A stretch of DNA of 64,000 nt, from NCBI RefSeq assembly GCF_000315625.1, contig NW_005434565.1, forward strand, positions 1 to 64,000, read 5' to 3'. This DNA comes from Guillardia theta CCMP2712 (lineage: Eukaryota > Protista > Cryptophyta). Positions 25,601 to 40,600 of the stretch are shown here, piece after piece. The position numbers and the translations under genes are program-made. The notes under the pieces were generated by a model that was not told where the DNA came from, searched no databases, and worked only from the letters and a program-made list of their open reading frames with translations. The first letter of the stretch is position 1, and each line of letters begins with the position of its first letter.

Positions 25601-28600
25601 TGACGATGACGATGTCCATCTCGAGTTTTCACATGCTGTCAGACCTATTCTCACCTTGAAAGAATGCTGTAATCCACAGCTGAACCCTGAGAATTCAAAA
25701 TTGATGCTGTACGCGAGCAACGGGATATTTGTCTTTTTCAATGAGCTAGTGCTGAGTGACACGGAATCATAAGTGAACGTAGCCAATCTTGAAGTTGAAA
25801 AAGATGACAAGAGAATGTCCGTATATCTTTTGTTGTTCTGATCTACCCAACTAAGATGTTCAGGACTGAGAAGAGTTATTGTAGTTCCTAAATCTGATCC
25901 AACAGACTGGGCTACCATGCATGTCAGGGAAGATACAGAAATCCAGTACGATTGCAGACAGGATGATTCTCCTATTCGAATGCTCGCATTGTATGACTGT
26001 GCACCCATGTTCTGTCCTGACAGTATCACAACACTCTTTTCAGAGGTGCACGATGATGCCAAGTTAGAGATACTAGTACTGCGGACCACAGGAGAGTCAT
26101 AACTCAGTGCATTCGTGAGAAGACTTTCTTGTGCTCCTGCCAACACGCGAATATCCTGGAACTGGTACATTCCTGGTGGGGTGGAACAGAGTATTTCTGA
26201 ATCTGATGACCATGGTAAGCATGATCCAAGCGAATCTCCAATTTTGACGGAACAATCATTGTCTTTACAAGCATGAAAATGACCTGCTAATGTTAAAGTG
26301 ACTTGACCAGTCATAGGTATATTTGAAGGGGAAATTTTTTGTATATGATTCCATGCACCATCATAGGATAGAACGTGGCTGAGCGTCGAGACTTTGATTC
26401 CAACAGTTGCTATGACATCAAGAAAATCAAGTTGTCCAGCAGGAATCGTTGTGTATATGGATGATTCAGAGATCCAAGCGCTCATCTCTGCTGCAGTATG
26501 ATGAATTCTGCAACGAATTGAAGGATCAAAGATTAGGAATCCTGATCCCCAAAGAGTGATATTATGACCGTTTTGGATGGTTTGGCATGATACACTCTGA
26601 AGCTTTGGTAGGGAGTAGGTAAAACTTGACTTTGCTGTTCCTGGTCTCACACCAGAAGTCACAATCAAAGCTACAGATCCTGAAGAGATTGATTCCGGAG
26701 ACATTGCACCCCCGTATTCAGAATACAGTGAAACAGGAGAAAACCCAGACGGAATGGATGCTCTGACTGAGGTCAGAGAGAACCAAATTGTTCCCTCACA
26801 TGAAGACATTCCGAGCCTCTGGGAGGGTGAGAAGTCGCTAGATCCTATATTCTGACCCACCACTTCAACTTGAATACTTCCAGTGCAAGGACCATTTAGA
26901 GCCAGCTTGGATGAAAAATAAGTTTCGTCAAGATTTGGAATGTCAAAACTAATCTGATCTGTAACGGTGCAAACTTGGATGGCTACTGTTGCATGAATAT
27001 GTGTTGTAGCAGCGACTCCATAGGAAGTGGTGGATGCTATGGATGTGTCTGAAAGCCACACTGAGGCTTCGTTCGCTGTGTTTCCAATTGATGAGACAAC
27101 AGATAAATCTCTGTCGTGCAAACGAAATCCAAACAATGTTAGAGCTTTACCTGAGTTTCGAACATTTGCAACTCTTACTGAAGTTAGAAGTGGTAAATCA
27201 AATGACAGCAGGTCAGAGGTGGATCCCGCATGTGCATTCGTGAGGATCAATGATAATGACGAAGGTGAAGCTTGGTGATATTTTCCCGCAATTGAAGTCT
27301 CAGATATCCATTCACTTTTCTCCGAAGCAGTTCCTGGAGAGATCCGCAAAGCAAGGGAGTTGTCGTAATGTGAAAAATGAATTCCAGTTACCGAAAGACC
27401 GGGAATCCAAGAATCCATTTTGTTGTATGACACAGTTGATATTTGAGCCCGCTCCAAGGAAAAAGCGAAACTTGCAGTGCTGAATGATTGCGATGCAGTA
27501 ACAAAAAGACTTGTTGGACGATTTTTGGTGCTGATTGACAGCCTTTTGACTTCTACTTGAGTTTCAGAATTCCATAAGGTTGCTTCTGCTGAGCTCATTG
27601 CCGACCTTGCAGAAAAAGACAAATCAAAATAGCCTGCATTTCGTACCACGAAATATGATTCGATTATTTTCTCGTTATGTACTGACGAGTCTCCTCGAGT
27701 CTGAGATACAGCAATAGCATCATAAGTCCCTATCTCAGTGACGGTGCCGATCAGATCTGATGCCGTCAGCGATACTTTGAGGTGTTTCAAAGCTGTAGCT
27801 GCAGACGTGCACAGCAACGAAGTTTCAGACATCCAAAATGTGAGTTCCATGCAAGTCCACCCGAGCTTGCTATTCTGTGACAGGGAATTCATTCCAAGAG
27901 AGCTTCCAACAAGCGTGAGCATGATTGATCCAGTCGCTGGATAATTATTCCGGTCAAGACGAGAAGAGCTCGGCTTGAGATAACTGACTGCTTGAGTGAC
28001 ACTCCCCACGTTCAAGTTTAGTGTGACTCGAAGTGATTGCGAGCCGCGTTGTCCACTTGCAGTCTTTGACGTGATGGCTGTATCAGACAACCAAGAAAAT
28101 GATTCTGAAGCAGTTGAACCCTCTGAGCTGGAATGAGTTGTGTCATATCTTGCAAAATTCTGTCCGATAATTGATATCCTTATAGATGACGTAGCGGGGA
28201 TGTTACATGTTACACCAAGTCCCGATAAAGAGGGCACAGAATAACTGAATGCCCAAGAAAACGTGTTCCAAAGCTGCTGTTGGAGGTTTACAGTCAACAC
28301 AACAGATCCAGAATCACGAAGAAAGGAATAATCATTCTCAAAGTTCAATCCTGAAGGCACCAGACAAACAAGAGATGATGACGACAACCACCTCGATTCC
28401 GAACAAGTTGTCCTTCCAACCCTACCTGATTGACAAGAGTCGACATTTCCAAAGTTCATGCCAACAAATGTCTGAAGAAATGTCAGAACATGAGGTTCAA
28501 ATCATTTGATCTCACCAAGCTAAATTTTTCAACCGAAGAGGTCCCTCGCGGTGGCGCATTTGTTGGGAATATTTGCAAGATTCTTGGATATCCATCGAAG

Positions 28601-31600
28601 GAAAATGCATAGGTGATTGTAGACTGGGCCATCCATAATGTTGAGATGATAGAATTTCGATCGCCAACTCCGTATGGAATATGACAAACAAGTTGAGAGT
28701 CTGAGTTCCATCTTGTGTACTCGCAGGCAGTGCTCGCCGTATAGTCATGTTCACAATATTTCACAAACTCAGGTCCGTACCATCGCGACCAATCACTCTG
28801 AGGAGCCAAACAACCACCCACTCGGGCTTGTGCTGTCACGTCATAAGCTCCATAATCGACACCATTGAGTAGGATACTTCGAGAAATCCCCATAGGACCA
28901 TTTGACATGACACTGGACATGGTGGGGAAGTCAATTGAAAAGGCTTTGCTCAGGGTATCTTTCAAAACGGCAAGAGTCAACAAAAGAGGGAATTTCGAAC
29001 GATCAGTGATCCTTGAGCCTGGTGGCTTGCCAATCAAGGAAGTATAAGATAACCACAGTGTGCTCTCTGCTGCTGTCTATAAAACATATGTCATGAACGA
29101 AAGAACGAGTATCAGCTTACCTTTTCAAATCGAGCCCGTGAAGTTCCATCATACCTAAGAAAATTTGAACCATAAACTTCAGAGCACGTGGATTTTGTGT
29201 AAGAAGGGGCATTCGCAAAGCAAACAAAACTAGCATTATGTATGGGAAGCAAAGAGCTAGAAAAGCTAGTACTACAAGACGATGAATTCCATTGAATGCT
29301 AGACATGATTGGAGAGTCGAACGAGAATGCCAACGAAAATGTTGAAGACATTGCAATAGAGCTTAAAGCAAACGATGCAGAACCTTGCAGAAAATCTCCG
29401 AAACTACATGTTAAGCTTGTGTCTGAAATCCATCTGGTCGATGGAGAGCTGGTAAATCCAGTTCTCGATGACAACGTTCGTGAAAAGAAGCCAATACTCA
29501 CACCTGAAATATAGGTTTCATTCGAAGCTTGTATTCCTGTATTGAAACGGGCTTGTTGATAGCCATTGAGAACTAATATGTCGAAGGAAAAGAACGAAGA
29601 TAATGTACCAATCTAAAATGCAAAGTCAGTCCAACGATTCACTTTTGTAGTTACTTTATGTATTACCTGTTGAACAAACATGGGTACTGAAATGGGGTAA
29701 ATTCCTCCACTTCCCGTCGTCAAAGAAAAAGCATGTGAGCCTGACACACCTTGCGAAGATCTTGCTGTAAATTGCGTATCCGACAACCAAATTGTACGTA
29801 ATGTACTTGTTGTGCCGATCCGCAATTGCATCGAAGCGGAATAGACACCATAATTCTTGCCCATGATGGTGAAAGCTTGAGACGAAATACTTGGAACATT
29901 GACCAGGCTCGATGCACTGGCCGAAGGCTTATCGTAGGAGAAGATCAGACTTGAAGTTCCGATCTGGTAACTTATGTTCGCTTGTATCTCAAGTGCTGAT
30001 CGATGCCCGGGAACAAGATTTCCTACAAGGATAGTATCTGATGTCCAAGTAGATGCCAAAGCTGTTGTTGCACCAATTCCAAAAAATGTAGAATCTCCTG
30101 ATAAGCATTCAGCCAACAAACTTTGGTCAAGTGGATTGCGATATCGTATACACTTGTCATAATACCATCCAACGTTTGTAGTACCAAAGTTTGAACCAAT
30201 TATGTTGACCTGCCTGACATTTTGTATTCGAGGGGGTCCATTCATTGTGGAGTTTATTGACACCTTGACGGCAGGCTTGTCAAAGTAAAAAGAGTTGACC
30301 AAGTCTTTGGAAAGCTCTACTTCGATGTTGATTATGGATAAGAGGACAGCTTTGACAGTACCTACTCCCGGAGGACTATACATGAAAACAGTACTATCAG
30401 AATTCCAAACTGACGCATTTGCAGTCGTTGGTCCGATTCTGGCCGATAATTTTGTGGTGACAAGACCGAATTGTTCGCCAAGAAAAGTGACCGTGACTCC
30501 TCCTGTTGTTGGAGAATTCTTTGGAACGACTCCCGTGACTTTGGGTGCGTTGTAGATAAAGGTAGCATTTCGAGAAACATTGTACGATTGACCTACAAAT
30601 GCAACCACGTCGACTGAAACTTTACGACCAATTCTTGGAACCTTGCAAATTGCAGAGCTATCTGATAACCATGAGGTGTATTCACAATCTCTTGGAGGGT
30701 CAGTATCTCTAGCAATGAATTGCACATTCATCGAATTGTCATATGTTCCAAAATTTCCACCAGATACTGTTGAAACAAATCCTCCAGCAGTCCCTCCATT
30801 CCTCGGCACGATAGCAGATATGAACGGATACTCATAACGAAACAACTTTGCTCGTGTCAAAACAAAATCGTCAATAATTGTTATTCCTACAGAGTGATAG
30901 CAATTCATTGGTGTGTCTGGACACACCGGAGCGTCATTTATTCCTGCTGCTACCTTAAGTGTTATGATAGTATCGGAGGTCCAACGGGACAATTCGCACA
31001 ACGTTGATCCAATTTTGAGCTTTGGTGAGTAATCTGTAGATCCAAAATGATTTGTGTTTAAAAAAATCAAATCTTTGCCAACAGTCAATGCCGAATTCGG
31101 TTGTAAAAGAAATACGGAAGGCTGCCTGTAGCTGAAGGACCCTATCAAGATAGAGGACCGTACTGAGCAAAGGATGGGAAGAATTGTGACCTCACCGATT
31201 GTTTGAAGGTGAACTCGAAATTGTTGGACAGAGACAGAGGATAATAGATCGAATGACAAACTGATTTTTGTCTCTCTGGGAACAAATGACCATTCGCTGA
31301 CAATCAGTTCTAACGTTCCGTCCACCTTTCGCCAAATTCCAGAGTCCCATGCTCCGCCTTGGCCAACAAAAAAACCTGCACCTGAACCTGGCAATCGTGC
31401 TGGTGACAAAATCTTGATTGGAAACTTTGGGTTATCCGGATCTTGAAATCCGACAAGACCAGAAATCAGCAAGCTAGTTCCATAATTCCATATTACGTTT
31501 GACATGAATGTTATGGTGAAAGTGACAATAGTAGATCGTTTGTCCGTATTCCACTCCAAATTTGCATACTCGAAGGCTGGGACTTTCAGAGAACACAAGC

Positions 31601-34600
31601 ATGATCGATTACAAGGAAGGGCATCCGATGAAGAAGTCAGAATAAATGAATTCACATTGAAAGGATAATACTGTGAAATCAGAAACGACTTGCAGCTGGA
31701 TGCGTTGGGATTGAGTATACTGAATGAAAATGTTGCATTCTCAAATAAAGCATGACCATCTCTCAGGACGACAAGCAGCGTGCCCTCATTCTGCTTCCAA
31801 GTTGTCTTTGCAGAATCAAACAAGCCAGCATGTTTGCCTTCAAGCAATAGTCTCCATGCTTTACAGTCTCCTTCAGGTTTGGAGCATGGAACATCTTCCG
31901 TGAGAAAGTTTGTGAAACCTTGCAGTAGGAATTGAGCTCCAGGCTCAAGCATGAAGTTCCCAGCAATGGTGACCGAGAAGTTATTGTACCCAGAGGTGAC
32001 CTCAGAGCTCCAAGAAATTAAGGAAGAGGTCAAAGAAGCGTTTTCAATCGGTGAAACTTTTGAAGGAATTGTAGCATTAAAATTCATCGCCCCGTACGAC
32101 GAGATCTACGAAAAATCAGCATCAGTATCACAAAGAAACTACGTTTGAGCTTACCGTTAAATTGTCAACCACTTCAAAACCAGGATAAGGATTCCGGAGT
32201 TCAAACCAAAGGGAAATCATTTGATCCTGATCGATTGAGTGACCTTCTAACAAGACGAAGGAAAGAGCATATTCTTTATCCGAGAACGATACATCCCCGA
32301 AAATTGATGAGGCAGGGTTGACCAAAAGAATTTTGCTGTTGTTTCGCAACATCTCAAAACCAAGGAGCGGGTGCAGCACAAAATTAGTTGGACCATAAAG
32401 AAGTGAGTTAACAGCGAAAGTGAGTTTCAAAATAGTTGCTGAGGAAAACACTCGGTTTGAACTTTCGAGTGAAATATAACTGAACGAAAGACTTGCATCA
32501 ATCTTTGATATTTGACCTGTCATTTGCTGCCGATCGATCGATTGCGGACTGTTTGAGGAAACATAGGTGGTGAGAGGTTCAACCATGTACATTGAATTGA
32601 GAAGGGTGAACGAAAATTGGAGAACCTCCAGAGGATAAATCTCAATATCATTTTTGAGATAAACGATCAGAATGCCTTTGTTTCTATTCCAGTCTACCAT
32701 GGCAATACTATCTTTTGATTGACCACCTGTATGGAAAATTTCCTCAGACTGAAAGTTTGTCAACCCAGTGATAGTAAACGCAAAACAAAATGAGGCGCTT
32801 GAACAACTGTGGTCTCGTACGTCAAAATTGATGCTCAAGGTCACAAATATGGTGTTCCATCCACCAAGAACATTCGACGTGGTATACACACTTGCAGTCA
32901 CAAATGATGGTGGGCCTATTGGTTCGATTTGAGCTATTTCAAAATTTGTCTTTTGAAATGGAAGAACTCCGTCGACAGCAACGCTGACAATCCTTGAACC
33001 TCCAATTCTTCCAGTTTGAACTACATCAATCATGAATACAAATTCACTTGGGGAAGGCGAAATTGTTTGTCCAGCCTTCAGCGCTACGAAAAAGTTTCCG
33101 TCTGAAAACGAGGCAGAATTATCATCCAAATAATAGTTGTTTGTCATGATGACTACGCTCCCAATAGAAACCAATATGGGCATTGCTGGAATTTCCTTCT
33201 TCAGAGTGGCCAGCTTCGTCTTGCCGAAATAAGATTGAATTGAAAATCTCCAGAAAGGTTGGTTGGTGTCATTGAAGAGGATTAGAAGTATCATGCCCGT
33301 GTATGCTCCATCGACTGATGAAGCGGTTGCATCCAAAGTGACCAGTGCACTTCCGTTTGAAAACTGTGCTGTACCACTGTACACTGACTCCCAAATCTTA
33401 CTTTGTATTGTAGAACTATTGCGCTGATTGAACTCGAAACCGTCCAAGCCCTCTATGATTATTCTTGCCGGGGAGACAAGGAGTGCATTGAAAACAAGTG
33501 TGACCGAAATATATGTAGAAGTATTGTAAACCTGAGGCGAAGTGGTGATCTCAGAAACCAAAAACTTTGGGAGCGTGTCAGTCTTTAAGACCAGTCCAAT
33601 CATTGTCTGTTCGGCGATGAAGATCACTCCAGAGCCTCGACCCGAGGATGAAATCAAAACTTTGGATCCATCCTGCAAATAGTGTCAGAGGAAAGCAATA
33701 TTGAGCACAGAAAGATTACATTCAGCTTGTAAGGATTTCGAATCTGAAATGAAAAGATCGTAGGAGTTTGAACGGTAAGGGTTCGTGATCCGACAAAGCT
33801 AAGAGTGACGTTTCCAGCCTCCTCGTTCCAACTTGCATGACTGCTTGTAAAAGTGCCAGCGTTCGGACCAGCCAAATCAAGATACTCCCCAGAAATGTTT
33901 GCCGTCTTGAATCCAGCATCTTTGAATCCTGACAGTGTTATTTCGCTGGGTGCTCCGATCGTCGCAGTTGCTGCAAGAGACACAGTTATTGTAGTGATTG
34001 CTCCAGCAACACTCGACGAAGATGAGATGTTCTTCATCCAAAAGTAAGGCTGGAATTTACCATTAAGAAGTGAGCAGCACGACGTAGAATATTCATTGCA
34101 GCATGGAAGAGTCGACGCGTCAAATGTGCATGCAAGTATCGATCTTCCCATCTCATCCACATCAAACGTTTCCATGTTCATGCACTCTCTTTCAATTGGC
34201 ATGTAACCATCAGAAAATTTGGTAAGATTTCGAAGCGGCGCATCCCAGCTTCCATCCACAGTGCTCTCAATGTAAGCAATTGCCTTGAGGTTTTCCACTT
34301 CACTGTTCCTCAATTGAAACGAAAGCACTGTTGCTATATCTGACCGCATTCTTTTGTCCTTGCCAATGGTTAGAATGATTGTGCCTGCGTCGACATTCCA
34401 TGGGGCCAGTCGAACGAAAATTTGGTCTCCTTGCGATATTTCAATGAGCGATGAAGGCGTACTTGAACCATATAGCCCCGAAATAGTAATTTTTTCACCT
34501 GGAAGCAAATCACCATTTGGCAACAAAGTGACTGTTAATAAAGTTGTGGCATAGCTGACAGAAGAGCTTGATGCAATGTCCTTGATCAAAAACTTCGGAT

Positions 34601-37600
34601 AAGAATTGGACGGTAGAATCGAATTTTTAGCTATTGTTTTTGGGATCGCAACAGTACTCGTATTTAAAGCAATGGAGACATATTGTTGAGAGATAGCTAG
34701 ATCATTGTTCCTGAGAGAGAAATCGAAGGAAATCACTCTTGAAACTCGAAGAACCTCCGCGCTGTTGGCCCAATAAAGTCCAACACAATTTTCTAATCCT
34801 CCAGGTGTTGCAGAGGATTTACCCACCAAGAAACTGAGCTGAACTCCTCCACTGCATTCGAAGTAGATCGAGTTCGCTTCGTCGAAGCACAGCAAGACCC
34901 AGTCAACCACTCCCGAATAATACCCACTTCCTACAGTTTCAACGGTCACCTTCGATAGCGAACCGTTGGGAAATGCAGAAAACGAAGCAGCAAACCCACT
35001 GCCGACATTCAAGGTAGACAACTGCAATCTCCCAGTAGATGTTAAGTTCGCACCAGCATTGACTATGATAACTTCTTCAATGCCAGATCCACATCGACAA
35101 GACGTATCATTTGTGACTAGGACTGGTTTCGATAGGTAGTCCTGACCATTCTTGGTGAGTCGCACATTCAAGATAGCACCGTCTGATACTTCATAGAAAC
35201 CTTCAAACCCCGAACCATGTGGTTCAACAGCAGATAAAGTCCCAGGAAATGAACATCCATGCATGTAGAAGGAAGTCAAATCATTCTGAACATATACTTT
35301 CGTAATGGTGTATGTCATGCTGACATCCTTGTTTGCAAAGTAGAAATCAAATGAGAAGTCGGCAAAGTACCCATAACCTGCACTGAGAATGTTGATCAAC
35401 TTGATAGATCCTTCTGGGTTTACCACAAAATCAGCTCGAAATCCCCGGCCGCTGGCATTGTGGATGTGAAGCCTTCCATCCTCATACCCCCAGCCCGGGC
35501 TTGCGATTATCAATTCGTCCAGATTTCCGACACCCTTGATAGTACTTCCTGTATTGAGATTGCACGTAATGCTCCCTGACTGCTGATTCCAGGCTGCAAG
35601 CGAGTTCGTGAAAAGGGATGCATTTGCACCATTCAAAAGAATCGATGTCGAATCCACACTTTCAATGCCTTGAATTCCTTCCACAGCTAAAACAGCGGGG
35701 CCTTCTATGTCAACGTTTGTTGATAGATAGACAGTGAAGGTATTGACACCAAATCTTACGTTGGAATTTGATTTCACATTTGTATAGGGAAATGAAGGAT
35801 AGGAATCTGCGAGTAATGCAAACCCGTTCATGCTCTGTATCTCAAAATTAAGAAAACCAGTTGCACTGATCGAAGGCGTCAATGCAGCTTGTGCATTACG
35901 ACTATTCCGCAGTCTGATCTCAAATACAATCACAGTACCCGAGCGGATTTTAGTGTTTGAAGATAACATGAGTGATCCGTCCAACGGCAAACAAATTCTC
36001 TGACCATTTGCTGGCATTGGAGTACATCCTGCTAGTGGTAACCATACAGCCTTTCCAGGAGAAGAAACATGCACAGCATAATCTTGCCCTGTCGAAATTA
36101 TGTACTCAGGCTCATTGTATATGCTGAACCCAGCTTGGACAACTGTGAAAGCGGTGTCTATATACAACGTACAACTTTGAAGAGAGATGATCTGAACGAT
36201 TTGCCTTGACTCATTTTTTATGTTGATGTAATATCCCAACTTCACACAGTCACAGGCATCCAATTTGATATTCCGCGGATTGGTGTCTAGAATTCCCTTG
36301 ACTGTCCCATTACAGAGTAACCCATACGTTTTGTTGGTCATGTTGATGAAATATGACGACGTGAAAATCGATGAAGCGGGCCCCAGCAGTTCAAGCTCGA
36401 GGTTCTGTACTGTTGTTGAACCCTTCAGACCTGAGATAGTGACGTTAGTTCCAGGTTCCATGTCAGCATTCGGTCGGAACTCGAAACGAAGAGTTGTCAG
36501 GCCGTACAGAACAGGCGACGAGAAGTTGACAAAGGTATAATCAAATCTGGGTGCGATAGTAGAGTTGAGCGCAAACCCGTCCATCCTCTTTGGTGAGATA
36601 GGAGTTCTGCCTTGTAACCAGATGACAGGAATGATAGGAGGCTGTTTTGTCAAAGGATTCTTGATTTCAAAGGATATCTCAAGCAAATACCCTGCAGTCA
36701 GTCGTGCCCCAGGAGCAAGCGAAAGATTGAGTCTCCCGTAACTTTGATTCCATGAAGCAGTCATGTTTCTGAACAGAATTGCGTCTTTCCCAGAAAGCGG
36801 TAGATTATCAGAACTTGCTGTCGGACTCTTCAAGAATCCATCAATGATGAAGTTCGAAGAACCCAAAGGGCTATAGTAGGGTAAATTTGAGTCAGTCTGA
36901 AATCCCATGATAAACGTATCGATTGCAATTCTTACGACGTGGACGTTTGCTCCTCCAATAACCTGTATGGAATCGATGATGCTCACGAGTAGAAAGGAAG
37001 CAAACGAGCTTGATTGCAACAAGCCTCCATAAGAAGATTGCATCTGCAGTACTACGTCTTTTTCCACTCCGACGCCATTTGATACTGCGCAGATCATGCT
37101 GGTGTCGCTCGACCATCGAGAGTACTGGCAGAAAGTTCCCCCGACTGAAATCAGCGAGGACGTGTCATATTCACCCAACGCCGATCCAAATAACGTGATC
37201 TCGGCGGCCGATGGAAGAGCCGAAGGAGGTCTTTCGGGAGGAACGATTTTTTGGAGCACTGCCGCATCATATGTGAAGATTTCAGACAAAGATCTGTACT
37301 GTTCAGCAACAGTTGCAGTCACAATCAGATAGTAATCGTGCCCTGCACAAAGCTTTGCAACGGTCGACGAGTCAGAGATCCATGCAGTCAGCTGTGCTGA
37401 GCTGCGACCAACGCGAGTCCGAGGACTTTGATCAAAACTTGACAAGCTGCTTCCGTCGAAGGTGATATAGGCTTCTCCTCTTGTCGCTGAGTTCGATCCA
37501 GGAGAGTTTCCATCAAGTTGAGTTTGATCCGAGCAATTTAAAAGCCATCTTTCCCAAAGCGTTGCAGGCAGAAGCTCAAGTACTGCTGATTGAGAACTCC

Positions 37601-40600
37601 AATTGGTTGATAGAAAGAAATTGTACCAATAGGAATTATTGCACGACCCTTCCGTAGTAGAATTTAGACAGGTAGATGCAGCAATCTGATTGACAACTTG
37701 CTCTTGAATACATGATTCATTCACATATTGAAGCGTGTAGTTCCATATAGTCCCATTTGATGATTTCAAGACCGCGACATCATATGAGACTGTTCGCGAT
37801 TGCGTGTAATACAACTGATTCATACTTGCCGTCAATTTCCAGTTCCTTCCTATCCCACGAGCAAAGTAGCAATTGATCCTGCAAAAAACATTCAACGTGA
37901 GCCGATGCGTGAAGGAAAGTACCTGGTATCTGAAGTCCACAGCGTGTGTGATGCAGATGTCCCATCAACGCGAAGTCCAAGAGAATACAAACTAGTTCCA
38001 AAGTTGCTTGCAGAAATTGAGATCCCACCCGCTTGCGAGATGTTCGGCTTGCTCCCCAAGGTAGGTATGTTACTTGGAGAAATCAAGGAAAAGGCGGGGG
38101 AGTCATAAGAGAAGAGCTGAGACGTTGTTGAAATTTGGAGATCTGAGGTGATTCTAACTTGAGAGAAAAGCACGGGATTCAACCCTGCAGGAACTTTGCC
38201 ATAGATGACGATATCACTCCTCCATAGGGTAAACTCACTGGCAGTCTTATGAAGATTGCTTTTCAGACTGTTTGCATGTGACCCTAAGTTTGAACCGAAA
38301 ATAAGGAATGGATTTCCTCCTTCGCAGGGGAAGTTTGGAATCATTTCAGGCAGAGAAGGAGCAGTGAACACATCATGGGCGTGTGAGACGAACTGTGCAC
38401 TTGGAAGATCGTATGAGAAAACTTGACAAGCGGAGCCTCCACCTCTTGAAATTCCTTGAATTGTGATAGAAAAGTCAACTCCTGATCCACTTCCCTGAGC
38501 GACTTTGACAAGGATGAAAGTGTCAGAAATCCACGCGGTGGAATGTGCGACGGTACCAAGGCTTGCCCTGGGTGAGCTGTCAACTATGCCTCCAGATATT
38601 AAGATTATGGCCCCGTAAACGTTCCCTAGCGCAGGAGAATTGATACCTGGAACGATATGTGCGTATGAATCATTGTGTGATTGTGGATCAAGAAGAGAAA
38701 GCAGCGTCAGGGTGTCTTGAATGCTCGCAACATCATACGAGAATGCGCTGAAGAACGTGGCCCTTTGGTTTGCGATCGTGAGTTGAAGGTCCAGATTGTC
38801 GGATAGACCAAAACTTGGCTTTACCCATATTATCGAGTCCGATATCCAATGGGTGGCTGAAGCTGCGGTCAACCCAACGCGAACAGAGGCTGATGAATCG
38901 AATGAGCCATATTTCGATCCTGGCAGACTGAGCAGAATGCGATGCTCGTCAGGGCCAATATTCTGTTGAGAGGCCGCGGTGCTTCCGGCAGAAACGTTCA
39001 GTTCGGAGGAGTTAAGTGTTCCTCCGTAGGTGAACAGAGCACGTTCGTAGCGAGTGTACTTCCCATAGGCGGAGAGCTGGCTAAGATGTTTGCAAAAGTC
39101 TGCATGTCCTCCTGTCATGAGATCCGTCAGCGACTGAGCATCAATGTCCCCTGAACTCAGAGAGGCGAGATAGCAGGAAATGTTGGACTGCAATGACGAG
39201 CCAACAGTGACCGCGATTGTCAAGTCCTGGCCCACGCCAGATGAAACTTTGCAGGTCAAACTTGAATCAGAGAAATAAAAGGTGAATTCGCATGGTGTCA
39301 AGCCGATGCTGGCCTTGGGTGTGCTCGAGAAGAAGCCAAAGGAACTTCCAGTCAGTTCAACTTCTTGGTGTGAAGATACTACTCTTGTTGAGTTCAGGAC
39401 GACTGGAGCATGATAAGTGAAGGCAGACGAGAGATATCCTGTTTGATTGCCTACATCGACCTTGACAATCAACGAGTGTCCCGTACCCTCAACAGTCTTG
39501 CAATAAACGAGGTCATCGGAAAACCAGCGAGCACTTGTACATTCCGAAATTCCTATGAAAATCCGTGGAACCAGCAAAGAAACATACCCTAGCGTTTGGC
39601 AAACAGTAACATTCTTTTCATCTGTCTTGCAATAGATTTCTTTGGTGTTGAGTTTCCCGAAGTTTTTCCCCCTGATCCACACTTCTTGTAGACCAAACGT
39701 AGGAGAACAAGCTGGTTCGATTGAGAAGATGGACGGAACATCGAAGGAGAGGATACCTTCTGACGTCAACTCTTGGTCAGAGACCTGAACTATGATTTGG
39801 AGTTCCTTGCCAAACCCAGCCGGTGCTCTGCAGATGAGACAGCTCTCTGAAGCCCAATGTGTGAATGGGCAAGAAACGAGACCATTTGGCCTCATGACTA
39901 GCAAGTTTGGAGTGTAATCCTGAGCTCCAAAATTGGAGCCGATCACCGTCAAGTTCACCATGCCAGTGCCTGGAAGATTGGAAGGAGCAAGCTGATGTAT
40001 TCGCATGCTGGCAAAGGAGAAGGACGAAGATAACGTTCTGAAACATGCAGGGCCGTCAGAGAGCCAATTGTGGATACACTGAAGGTCACCCGAGCATGTT
40101 AGACGAGGAAAGCATAACAGGGAGGTCCTTGCCAACTCCTGAAGGGACTAGAGACGTCAGCACCGTCTCGGATGTCCAATCAGTGCTTTCGCTGGACGTT
40201 TTCCTATTCATCGATAAAGCAAGGGAGATTATCAAAAGTGAGCAACGCGATGAAACATCTCGTACCCTGTCCTAGATTTGGAAGAAGTTGAATACAGGCC
40301 AAAATTTGTGCCAAAGATGGAAATATTTCCACTTGACTCAAGGTGAGCAGGATCACTTCATTAGACAAATAGCCAATTACCTCGTGAAGTTGCTTGCAAA
40401 GGAGATTGTAGCAAATGAAACCTCGGGTGTATCAATCGAAACACCCATATGAAGACTCCCCGTCAGAATGCCTTTAAAGAATGGTCAGAGGACTAAGACG
40501 TGAGCAAGGTATGATCACCAACTGTGACGATTTGTCGGCGTGAACTATGCTCTCTTGCACTTGCAAACCTGCGATGCTTTTCAGAGTCTTTTACTTCTTC

